Source of the DNA: Octopus bimaculoides
Lineage: Eukaryota
Reading direction: 5' to 3'
Length of the DNA stretch: 64,000 bases
Assembly (NCBI RefSeq): GCF_001194135.2
Contig: NC_068984.1
Span: forward strand, 44,471,177-44,535,176
Shown: positions 61,245 through 64,000 of the stretch, piece after piece
How positions within the stretch are numbered: position 1 is the stretch's first letter
How the letters are laid out: each line of letters starts with the position of its first letter
Notes under the pieces: generated by a model
What the model was told of the DNA's origin: nothing
Databases searched by the model: none
The model's input: the letters and a program-made list of their open reading frames with translations, nothing else
Translations under genes and position numbers: made by a program

Positions 61245-63065
61245 CAACAACAACAATAACAATAATAATAATAATACTTTCTACTATGGGTACAAAGCCT
61301 GAAATTTTGGAGTAAGGGGACTAGTCAATTACATCAACCCTAGTACTCAACTGGTATTCATTTTAATGACTCGAAAGGATGAAAGACAAAGTGGACCTAG
61401 TTGGAATTTGAACTAAGAATGGAAGGACAGATGAAATGCCGCTAAGCATTTCCCCTGGTTTGCTAATGATTCTGCCAGCTTGCCACCTTAATTAATAAGT
61501 GTCTCCACTGTGCTGCATCTGTAATAGAGTGGATGAAACCATTGCCCATATCACAAATGAATACCCTACACTTGCCCAAAATGACAACAAGTTGTGGCAA
61601 CATGAACAGGTAGCGAAAGTGTTATATTGAAAACTGAGCAAACAGTGGGGGCTAGAGAGAGGCAAAACGTGGTATGAGCACAAACCGCAGAGAGCGGTGG
61701 AGTTGGAGACTTGCAAAATCCTCTGAGATTTCCCAATCCAAACAGATTAGGTGTTAGAGCATAACAGACTGGACCTAGTGGTGGTGGACAATGTGCACCA
61801 CATATGTTATATATGTTGCATGTCCCTTTGACACACAAATAGTCAAGAAGGAAGGCAAAGAAATAGATAAATACAACCCTCTGAAGTACGATATAGCCCA
61901 GCTATGGAAAATGAAGAAGGTGAAGATAGTACCAATTACTGTTGGGTCCTTGGGGATAGTATCAGAAGACATCAAGAGGAATATAAAGGAAATTGGAATA
62001 GAGTGCCAGTAGAACTGTTACAAAAAGTTTGCCTCCTTGGCACTATATATATATATATATATATATACATGGGTGGGATGGATAGAGTGGAGCCAGAAAG
62101 AGAAGTAAAGATGATAGTGATGAGGAGCAAGAGTGTACCCTCAAGGTAACATATCCAAGAAGATAAACAGAAGAGAGTTTAATGACAGAAGGATCAAGAA
62201 AGGTGGGTAGAGATTGTAAGAGTATGGGGGTGGTACAAGTGAATGGGGGAGGGGGAGGATATAGTTTATGATGAAGTTATAAACTGCAGAAACTGGAAGC
62301 TGAAACAAAAATCATTTCTCTTTACATGAGTGTTATTAAAAGTGTTCTAATTAAATGTTATTTCATATAGTATCTCCTCATACCTCTAAACTGAACAACA
62401 TGCGTGATAATGTGAAGGATATACAAAGGTTGGAAACAAATGAAGCAAGCATGCTTCAGTGGATGTGTAATGTGAGCCCAAATAAATGACAGCACTCATC
62501 AGAGGTCTTAGTCAATGTGTATAGAGATGAAGACCGCAATGATACAGATATGTGGTGCATACAAAGAATGATATGTGGGTGAAACATATCAAATGATACA
62601 AGAAGAAGGAGCCTGCAGGGAGGGAGAATCAAAAAAGACATTGGCACAAGTGGTGAGACAGGTATCAGAATGAGGAACTACACAATGGAGAATAATGAAG
62701 GACTGCAACATATGAAGACACACAGTATTGAAATTGACCCATCCAACCCTTGCTGGTATGGAAAGCAAACATAAAGATGATGAGAATGTTGAAAACAATG
62801 ATGGGGATGGTGACAATGATGCTCTGAATGCAATAAGATAAACACAGGTATGACTTACACTGATGTTTTCATTACACACTGAAGTACACACACACGGACC
62901 CTGACTTGTCATACAAATATGTGTTATTCCACACTGAACATCCAGGTAGGAATGGCCATAAAGAACCACACTGACAGCAAGGCCACCTGCCTCCACAAAG
63001 ATGAAAGGTCGAAACAAGACCCGACTTGGACCAAAATGCACAGCCTCTCTTACAGTTTCTGTCAA
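1185..63065 (-). CDS. VPS13B: VPS13B/COH1 orthologue (bridge-like lipid transfer protein), internal portion: 32 coding exons, 6789 nt, 2263 codons; gene continues beyond both window ends
   Basis: Manually chained GT-AG exons with consistent phases and no stops. Motifs match recalled human VPS13B in colinear order: YLTNSLFD, DHEYEPYS, LEEY.P.R, LPWTI, LSLW.QW, HGFLSLT.T.A, QADNPL, PGS.IEDRQYQ, PALEWN, CG..LEVN.TT.LDFF, DDLRTG, LAAC.RVDSCF, VFSH..ICNDT....FGQ. Confidence 0.96.
1509..2059. other. Assembly gap in (TA)n microsatellite; other gaps at 5864-5928, 23479-23823, 38290-38299, 45771-46106, 54949-55052
   Basis: Runs of N; five of the six sit in microsatellites or RTE arrays, one in the piggyBac relic. 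Confidence 0.99.
2711..3203. mobile_element. Two back-to-back RTE 3' tail copies in opposite orientation with (CAT)n and (GAT)n ends
   Basis: Tail motif catcatcat-tttaatgtc...ccatgctggcatgg at ~2711-2935, and its reverse complement ending in a long (GAT)n at ~2990-3203. Confidence 0.8.
3219..3640. repeat. Near-perfect foldback / long palindrome (197-bp arms, 28-nt loop), MITE-like, in TA-rich flanks
   Basis: 3219-3415 is the reverse complement of 3444-3640 with two mismatches seen. Confidence 0.93.
4144..4525 (+). mobile_element. 3' end of a distinct RTE/BovB-like LINE with a C-terminal C2H2 zinc finger
   Basis: Open frame 4144-4482: GKRPRGAPLRGYKDQLK...W...W...CPQCPRMFHATLGLRSHLRFKH. Confidence 0.85.
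4545..5250 (+). mobile_element. Old RTE subfamily 3' end with long pyrimidine-rich 3' UTR and shared tail
   Basis: Degenerate GRGRPR coding end, C/T-rich tract, then the ttggtgctaggaagggc...taaatgatgat tail; similar remnants at ~42230-42580 and ~43180-43480. Confidence 0.65.
5657..5749 (-). CDS. VPS13B: VPS13B window exon 31/32 (93 nt, phase 0 to 0)
   Basis: actttag acceptor, GTAAGT donor; VVFSHYIICNDTYSMICFGQ. Confidence 0.93.
5803..5982. repeat. (AG)n microsatellite with N-gap 5864-5928
   Basis: Direct reading; lies in the short intron between window exons 30 and 31. Confidence 0.97.
6053..6160 (-). CDS. VPS13B: VPS13B window exon 30/32 (108 nt, phase 0 to 0)
   Basis: tttcacag acceptor, GTATGT donor; VDCSVDNLMVRVGKGAVHTL...VWKQ. 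Confidence 0.88.
8376..8486 (-). CDS. VPS13B: VPS13B window exon 29/32 (111 nt, phase 0 to 0)
   Basis: gtttcag acceptor, GTAAGT donor; CQLDIVEFRYLTQQTVVKPFSL. Confidence 0.92.
8640..9790 (-). mobile_element. RTE LINE 3' fragment with ~60-bp tandem array and tail
   Basis: ORF track: AMLHGSETWAM...ERNEASM, QERRLHWCGHV...GRGRPRKT; array at ~8800-9130; (CAT)n end. Confidence 0.9.
10216..10352 (-). CDS. VPS13B: VPS13B window exon 28/32 (137 nt, phase 1 to 0)
   Basis: catatag acceptor, GTAAGG donor; LKPFTFQDNDPSDQEWGVL. Confidence 0.9.
11610..12024 (+). mobile_element. tRNA-derived CORE-type SINE with internal (TA)/(TG) microsatellite
   Basis: ggctgtgtggtaag...ggttcagtcccac head, CORE-like cttgg(g)caagtg(t)cttc, 3' end gaaacaagtaaaagagt; CORE assignment from memory. 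Confidence 0.85.
12569..12951 (-). mobile_element. Full-length tRNA-derived SINE (second family) with intact A and B boxes and a probable TSD
   Basis: Minus strand GGAGACGCAATGGCCCAGTGGTTAG (A box) and GGTTTCGATTCC (B box), (CAA)n-type end; flanks cagtagtgatat / cagcagtgatat. Confidence 0.9.
13032..13201 (-). CDS. VPS13B: VPS13B window exon 27/32 (170 nt, phase 2 to 1)
   Basis: acttcag acceptor, GTAAGT donor; ASLAACMRVDSCFIPSLVP. Confidence 0.94.
13978..15340 (-). mobile_element. RTE LINE 3' fragment (part of PHD finger, RT end, 3' UTR array, tail)
   Basis: FRYLGDQ...AARIRIAWAKFRELLPLL, QERRLHWYGHV...GRGRPRKTWDEVV...LWRYAVLAKT. Confidence 0.92.
15431..15639 (-). CDS. VPS13B: VPS13B window exon 26/32 (209 nt, phase 0 to 2)
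   Basis: cttctag acceptor, GTAAGT donor; IPCTLQYWDSL...FTLSE...MWRVV. Confidence 0.93.
15850..17630 (-). mobile_element. Longest RTE LINE fragment: RT core with YADD motif, PHD insert and 3' tail; degenerate
   Basis: WLVRAVQAIY...GVHQGSVLS, WELLYADDLALIAE (YADD ~17156-17167), KGLRVNL, FRYLGDQ; frameshifts and stops present. Confidence 0.93.
17906..18084 (-). CDS. VPS13B: VPS13B window exon 25/32 (179 nt, phase 1 to 0)
   Basis: gtttag acceptor, GTAAGT donor; MTWCYDQSRVLSHVTISPVPF. Confidence 0.92.
18400..18700 (+). mobile_element. Old CR1/L2-like LINE 3' remnant
   Basis: STFFPRTTTKWNSL resembles the SFFPRT...WN.LP end motif; a weaker relative lies at ~60620-60810. Confidence 0.5.
19654..19880 (-). 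pseudogene. Degenerate duplicate of the 3' part of VPS13B window exon 23 plus its downstream intron
   Basis: Aligns to 21236-21540 with indels, e.g. gattttaattcaacat-ccttacat-cctgagaaaact and tcatcttgcaaattatgaca. Confidence 0.85.
20398..20533 (-). CDS. VPS13B: VPS13B window exon 24/32 (136 nt, phase 0 to 1)
   Basis: poly-T tag acceptor, GTGAGT donor; VDDLRTGKFEYI. Confidence 0.92.
21429..21691 (-). CDS. VPS13B: VPS13B window exon 23/32 (263 nt, phase 1 to 0)
   Basis: ttttcag acceptor, GTATGT donor; FLGP...HSG...VHFGQEHVLCL. Confidence 0.9.
21944..22553 (+). mobile_element. CORE-type SINE interrupted by an antisense RTE tail (22081-22250)
   Basis: SINE head and tail halves are colinear with the 11610 copy; RTE tail sits in the central TA tract. 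Confidence 0.87.
24679..24898. mobile_element. TTAA-flanked MITE (piggyBac-type ends CCCTTTAGCATT)
   Basis: ttaa-ccctttagcatttaaac ... caaggg-ttaa; further copies at ~13565-13776 and 36160-36370. Confidence 0.85.
25363..25530 (-). CDS. VPS13B: VPS13B window exon 22/32 (168 nt, phase 1 to 1)
   Basis: ttacag acceptor, GTAAGT donor; SDQIVISLET...LMASL. Confidence 0.9.
26822..27056. mobile_element. Tc1/mariner-type MITE
   Basis: TA-CAGGGTGGCCCAAAAGTAGGGTTACAGTTA ... TAACTGTAAACCTACTTTTGGGCCACCCTG. Confidence 0.9.
27164..27343 (-). CDS. VPS13B: VPS13B window exon 21/32 (180 nt, phase 1 to 1)
   Basis: gtttcag acceptor, GTACTT donor; AHVSLHMERPLKLNIS. Confidence 0.88.
28610..28750 (-). CDS. VPS13B: VPS13B window exon 20/32 (141 nt, phase 1 to 1)
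   Basis: ttaaag acceptor, GTAGGT donor; LLPEYADFNQCWIETRAGQPHPKTGVPPSFFTL. Confidence 0.92.
28905..28970. repeat. ~34-bp tandem duplication
   Basis: gaagcactac(gg/ta)gtcttagtgag(c/t)ctaacaaacaa occurs twice. Confidence 0.85.
29120..29888 (-). CDS. VPS13B: VPS13B window exon 19/32 (769 nt, phase 0 to 1)
   Basis: gtatag acceptor, GTAAGA donor; LVCGAALEVNVTTELDFF, DSGLGS, TAGRISCMVYS, PYLYLYFSQP, YDVMVKG. Confidence 0.95.
30715..31075 (-). mobile_element. 3' fragment of another RTE family (RTE-1/SR-like)
   Basis: LRSILKIRWP..ISNMELR, then ALQWNPDGYRKRGRPKNLWRRS...W..I...A.....W. Confidence 0.85.
31076..31144. repeat. 69-nt hairpin, 32-bp arms, 5-nt loop, one mismatch
   Basis: aaatttagtgtagcttatcagtgttttcgtaa-attga-ttacgaaaacactgataagctacgctaaattt. 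Confidence 0.92.
31760..32275 (+). mobile_element. RTE 3' UTR: ~62-bp tandem array plus tail ending (GAT)n
   Basis: About 4 units of cgttgccag...ctgactggc...tggcacataaaa, then aaagcacccactac...gttaaa(tga)n. Confidence 0.88.
32722..32895 (-). mobile_element. Short RTE 3' tail copy
   Basis: (CAT)n-cgtttaacgtccgctttccatgctagcatgg... Confidence 0.9.
32961..33075 (-). CDS. VPS13B: VPS13B window exon 18/32 (115 nt, phase 2 to 0)
   Basis: ttaccag acceptor, GTAAGA donor; VILVPLAYNFNLKVVVAPPIVY. Confidence 0.9.
33445..33559 (-). CDS. VPS13B: VPS13B window exon 17/32 (115 nt, phase 1 to 2)
   Basis: gtatag acceptor, GTAAGT donor; HWQDF...VQIPALEWN. Confidence 0.92.
34584..35398 (-). CDS. VPS13B: VPS13B window exon 16/32 (815 nt, phase 2 to 1)
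   Basis: atttcag acceptor, GTAAGT donor; HGFLSLTFTRA, LPLMYVN, QADNPL, PGSAIEDRQYQFDI. Confidence 0.95.
35614..35729 (-). pseudogene. Degenerate duplicate of an internal piece of VPS13B window exon 16
   Basis: Aligns to 34891-35020; PDIAKLSLL-LSLHKLCRTEVIT versus FDIAELSLLMSSLHKLCRSGVTT. Confidence 0.8.
36993..37107 (-). CDS. VPS13B: VPS13B window exon 15/32 (115 nt, phase 1 to 2; alternative donor extends it to 36987)
   Basis: tttacag acceptor, tandem GTTAGT/GTAAGT donors; IVCLSEELAISIDVQEIYIKAK. Confidence 0.9.
37177..37390 (-). mobile_element. Third SINE family (possibly Meta-domain type) with (ATT)n tail
   Basis: Minus strand gagttcaaattcc B box and gtcgactttgcctttcat...aagtaccag central motif; domain name from memory. 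Confidence 0.8.
37421..37850 (+). mobile_element. 5'-truncated RLE-type non-LTR retrotransposon (R4/Dong-like) flanked by (AAT)n
   Basis: Open frame from 37425: ANRPDIVVKDHEGKKCFLIDVSIPADDNVSLKEMEKLSKYKDL...IALLGTAHILRKTL*; (AAT)n on both sides. Confidence 0.88.
37866..38098 (-). mobile_element. Third SINE family, partial tandem copies
   Basis: Same motifs as 37177-37390; 3' part duplicated. Confidence 0.8.
38110..38577 (+). mobile_element. RTE 3' UTR array and tail, young subfamily
   Basis: Near-identical repeat units (10-N gap inside) plus tail. Confidence 0.9.
38742..38970 (-). mobile_element. RTE 3' tail copy, inverted relative to 38110-38577
   Basis: (CAT)n-cgtttaacgcc...gaaggccagtcaggcg. 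Confidence 0.9.
39288..39687 (-). CDS. VPS13B: VPS13B window exon 14/32 (400 nt, phase 0 to 1)
   Basis: ctttcag acceptor, GTAAGA donor; VQLCISV...KLSLWLQWTCPSCEIKFY. Confidence 0.92.
40275..40492 (-). CDS. VPS13B: VPS13B window exon 13/32 (218 nt, phase 1 to 0)
   Basis: ttgtag acceptor, GTAAGC donor; DKLPWTITVSNYSMYSL...LCLHLDM. Confidence 0.93.
41417..41639 (-). CDS. VPS13B: VPS13B window exon 12/32 (223 nt, phase 0 to 1)
   Basis: ttaacag acceptor, GTATGT donor; SVFFPTKS...DIPGNLK...ILVVCLPHI...MQDIP. Confidence 0.9.
43700..43902 (-). CDS. VPS13B: VPS13B window exon 11/32 (203 nt, phase 1 to 0)
   Basis: atttcag acceptor, GTAGGA donor; S/T-rich stretch ending HFPLLRIMQLQ. Confidence 0.82.
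44830..45064. mobile_element. Second TTAA MITE family (ends CCCTTTTG(A/T)TAC)
   Basis: Ends gtatcaaaagggttaa; related copy begins ttaacccttttaatac at ~36495-36720. Confidence 0.65.
45333..46500 (+). mobile_element. Internally deleted piggyBac DNA transposon with TIRs and TTAA TSDs
   Basis: TTAA-CTCTTTCGTTACTA ... TAGTAACGAAAGGG-TTAA; transposase remnants SSSDSEFEGF and DEIRAFFAINIIM/..YWSDQEPFGDEYISSIMN..RF; N-gap 45771-46106 inside. Confidence 0.93.
46728..46931 (-). CDS. VPS13B: VPS13B window exon 10/32 (204 nt, phase 1 to 1)
   Basis: tttacag acceptor, GTAAGC donor; ALLQMNVCGLAIMLDSSIYQWLSYTPK. Confidence 0.9.
47090..47472 (+). mobile_element. RTE 3' UTR array (about 3 units) and tail
   Basis: Same unit and tail motifs as the other copies. 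Confidence 0.9.
47797..47976 (-). CDS. VPS13B: VPS13B window exon 9/32 (180 nt, phase 1 to 1)
   Basis: tatacag acceptor, GTACCA donor; GGGGGKGYIIPLISGPS...DWLSFTVQLP. Confidence 0.87.
48255..48456 (-). mobile_element. Third SINE family copy
   Basis: ttttctactctaggcacaagg...aaaggcaaagtcgacctcggcggaatttgaactcag. Confidence 0.85.
49226..49372 (-). CDS. VPS13B: VPS13B window exon 8/32 (147 nt, phase 1 to 1)
   Basis: ttgcag acceptor, GTAAGT donor; FLPLFELTLGTFEMRCCLTPSANAFTGTLTSIQ (too short for the ORF track). Confidence 0.88.
49645..49710. repeat. ~30-bp tandem duplication
   Basis: aacttgacc(t/g)acaaacaactttctctcaaa occurs twice. Confidence 0.85.
49775..50165 (-). mobile_element. CORE-type SINE, near full length
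   Basis: Reverse complement of the 11610 family. Partial copies at ~870-980, 9900-9990, 19950-20080, 23262-23400, 26085-26230, 27870-28190, 52000-52150, 56275-56400, 63170-63270. Confidence 0.87.
50973..51154 (-). CDS. VPS13B: VPS13B window exon 7/32 (182 nt, phase 2 to 1)
   Basis: ttttcag acceptor, weak GTTTTT donor inferred from phase; EYMVEVPQFSLSIKKAHVHFVFNIWKTW. Confidence 0.8.
51324..51423. repeat. (CT)n microsatellite
   Basis: Direct reading. Confidence 0.95.
51796..51920 (-). CDS. VPS13B: VPS13B window exon 6/32 (125 nt, phase 0 to 2)
   Basis: gttttag acceptor, weak GTTTGT donor; LFGLSVGLL...KKSLLFPENW. Confidence 0.82.
52910..53101 (-). CDS. VPS13B: VPS13B window exon 5/32 (192 nt, phase 0 to 0)
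   Basis: ttacag acceptor, GTAAAT donor; LPAVVV...MYPQHVVRLVSKLAGPSSQLMHNCYTHMQLR. Confidence 0.9.
53755..53800. repeat. 16-17-bp tandem repeat, three copies
   Basis: cagataaaatgtttca three times. Confidence 0.85.
54620..55270 (+). mobile_element. Young RTE LINE 3' end (ORF C-terminus, tandem array with N-gap, (GAT)n tail)
   Basis: ORF 54544-54897 ends QERRLRWYGHVVRME...GRGRPRKTWAEVV...DRDLWKCAVREKTRQAK*, followed directly by array and tail. Confidence 0.93.
56006..56184 (-). CDS. VPS13B: VPS13B window exon 4/32 (179 nt, phase 1 to 0)
   Basis: tgatcag acceptor, GTGAGT donor; VKHLEEYTPIRTYNVTVL. Confidence 0.9.
58494..58685 (-). CDS. VPS13B: VPS13B window exon 3/32 (192 nt, phase 1 to 1)
   Basis: ttgtag acceptor, GTACTT donor; SFVHRLQKVFYCATDHEYEPYS. 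Confidence 0.92.
59016..59208 (-). mobile_element. Mariner transposon 3' end (transposase C-terminus and one TIR)
   Basis: Minus strand EEYFSSRISEFWKRGLASLPHRWKSIVENEGEYISD*; TIR-like tattgggtcatcccataaataatg next to TA. Confidence 0.85.
59209..59709 (-). mobile_element. RTE LINE internal fragment (YADD to post-PHD region)
   Basis: LLYADDLALVAE...WPCLICRKGVCRNSIRCTQCKLWTHKRC...FRYLGDQV. Confidence 0.9.
60141..60495 (+). mobile_element. Second copy of the same tRNA-derived SINE with internal deletions
   Basis: GGAGGCGCAATGGCCCAGTGG head; high identity to 12569-12951; lacks the tcataggatcgcgg segment. Confidence 0.9.
60922..61153 (-). CDS. VPS13B: VPS13B window exon 2/32 (232 nt, phase 0 to 1)
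   Basis: ctgtag acceptor, GTCAGT donor; CYLTNSLFD...YTEQYGMQKFGLFWFDYLYT. Confidence 0.92.
61277..61490 (-). mobile_element. Third SINE family copy with very long (AAT)n tail (61168-61275)
   Basis: Same motifs; tail microsatellite abuts VPS13B window exon 2 acceptor region. Confidence 0.8.
61495..62045 (+). mobile_element. Degenerate RLE-type (R4/Dong-like) LINE 3' fragment
   Basis: Zinc-knuckle remnant CCIC...ETIAHI, then HNRLDLVVV...VACPFD...KEIDKY...VPITVGSLG...LLQKVCLLGT; stops and frameshifts. Confidence 0.85.
62400..62810 (+). mobile_element. Highly degenerate RTE 3' fragment
   Basis: RLETNEASMLQWMCNVS-like frame and tail remnant. Confidence 0.6.
62859..63065 (-). CDS. VPS13B: VPS13B window exon 1/32 (207 nt, phase 0 to 0)
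   Basis: tttttcag acceptor, GTAAGT donor; LTETVREAVHFGPS...LDVQCGITHICMTSQG...NENIS. Confidence 0.85.
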
Positions 63066-64000
63066 CTGAAAAAGAAAATAGAAACCTTAATTTTCAATCT
63101 TAATCATCTTAATATTTACAAACATAAAATACTTTAACAATTTCATTTACATGAGACAGATATCATTCTTTTATTCTTTAACTTGTTCCATTTGACTGTG
63201 GCCATGTTGGGGCACCACCGTGAGAGGTTTACTTGGTCAGATCAACTCCAGTACTTATTTTTAAGACTGGTACAAAGCAATGTCTTTATTAGCTTTGCAT
63301 AATTAACAGTTATCCATTGACCAGCAGCGAAATGGAAGAAAATGGCTACAACTGGGTATTAAACTATGTCATGGACTGAACTAGCTGGGAGTTAATCTCT
63401 ACTCTGCTGTGTTTGCAAACTATAAGAATAATAGGGACCACCATAAGATGGTCCCTGTTAGTACATGACTTCTTAAAAGAGGCCACATAGAATCTATCAC
63501 TCTGAGCTAATAAAACATTTATCAATAATACAGTGACAACCTTACAATAAGGAGTAATGAAGTATAATAGCATCTATTTACAGCCAAATTATTGTTGTTT
63601 ATTCTCTGCTCAGCCTCCAGATTGAGCAGATGTATAATCAAAGGTATTGCAGCCATGACCATCACATCAGTTTTCCGTTTTTTTCTTTAAAACTACATTA
63701 CCTAATATATCTTTGCTTCTTTAAGATCATAGGGTATGATTTGAACCAGGTGTCATTAGTATTTGTAGCATATGTGAACACAGAATGTTCCTCATTAGCT
63801 TGTTTACAGTTGGGTGAATTGAACAAGAAAAAGTGAAGTATATCAGCAAAATGAAGCAACTTTCTTTTCCAAGTAAAACATTAAATAGAATTTTAAGAAA
63901 TTTTTTCAAGAATTCCAATAAAATATAATGGAAAATTAAACTAAGACAAACCTTTAACATGACAGATGCATTTTTTATATAAAATCCTATGCACAGGACA

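Noticed and set aside
1185-63065. U12-type (minor) introns or in-frame recoding stops in VPS13B
   Set aside because: No donor matches RTATCCTT and the chained frame has no internal stop.
63364-63573. Minus-strand ORF as a possible further VPS13B exon
   Set aside because: It does not resemble the expected upstream segment (recalled GWVSWAW...IGFYC region) and lacks convincing splice sites; that exon is probably beyond 64000.

Overview
AT-rich, microsatellite-rich eukaryotic genomic DNA from a draft assembly with six N-gaps. The SINE and LINE families suggest an octopus or other coleoid cephalopod (inference). The whole window lies inside one large minus-strand gene, a VPS13B (COH1) orthologue. 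I traced 32 consecutive GT-AG coding exons from 63065 down to 1185 (6789 nt, 2263 codons). Splice phases match at every junction and I found no in-frame stop. By recalled human VPS13B motifs they cover roughly residues 400-2640, so start and stop codons lie outside the window. Introns are packed with RTE LINE fragments and their (GAT)n-tailed 3' ends, three tRNA-derived SINE families, two RLE-type (R4/Dong-like) LINE fragments, a piggyBac relic with TTAA MITEs, and mariner relics. Best leads: (1) a canonical PHD finger embedded inside the RTE reverse transcriptase; (2) a 197-bp-arm, ~99% identical foldback in an intron; (3) a duplicated exon fragment that has become a candidate poison exon; (4) several inverted repeat pairs that should form dsRNA in the pre-mRNA. 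Family names and human comparisons are from memory, not database searches. No prokaryotic-type system, CRISPR array or functional RNA gene is supported.
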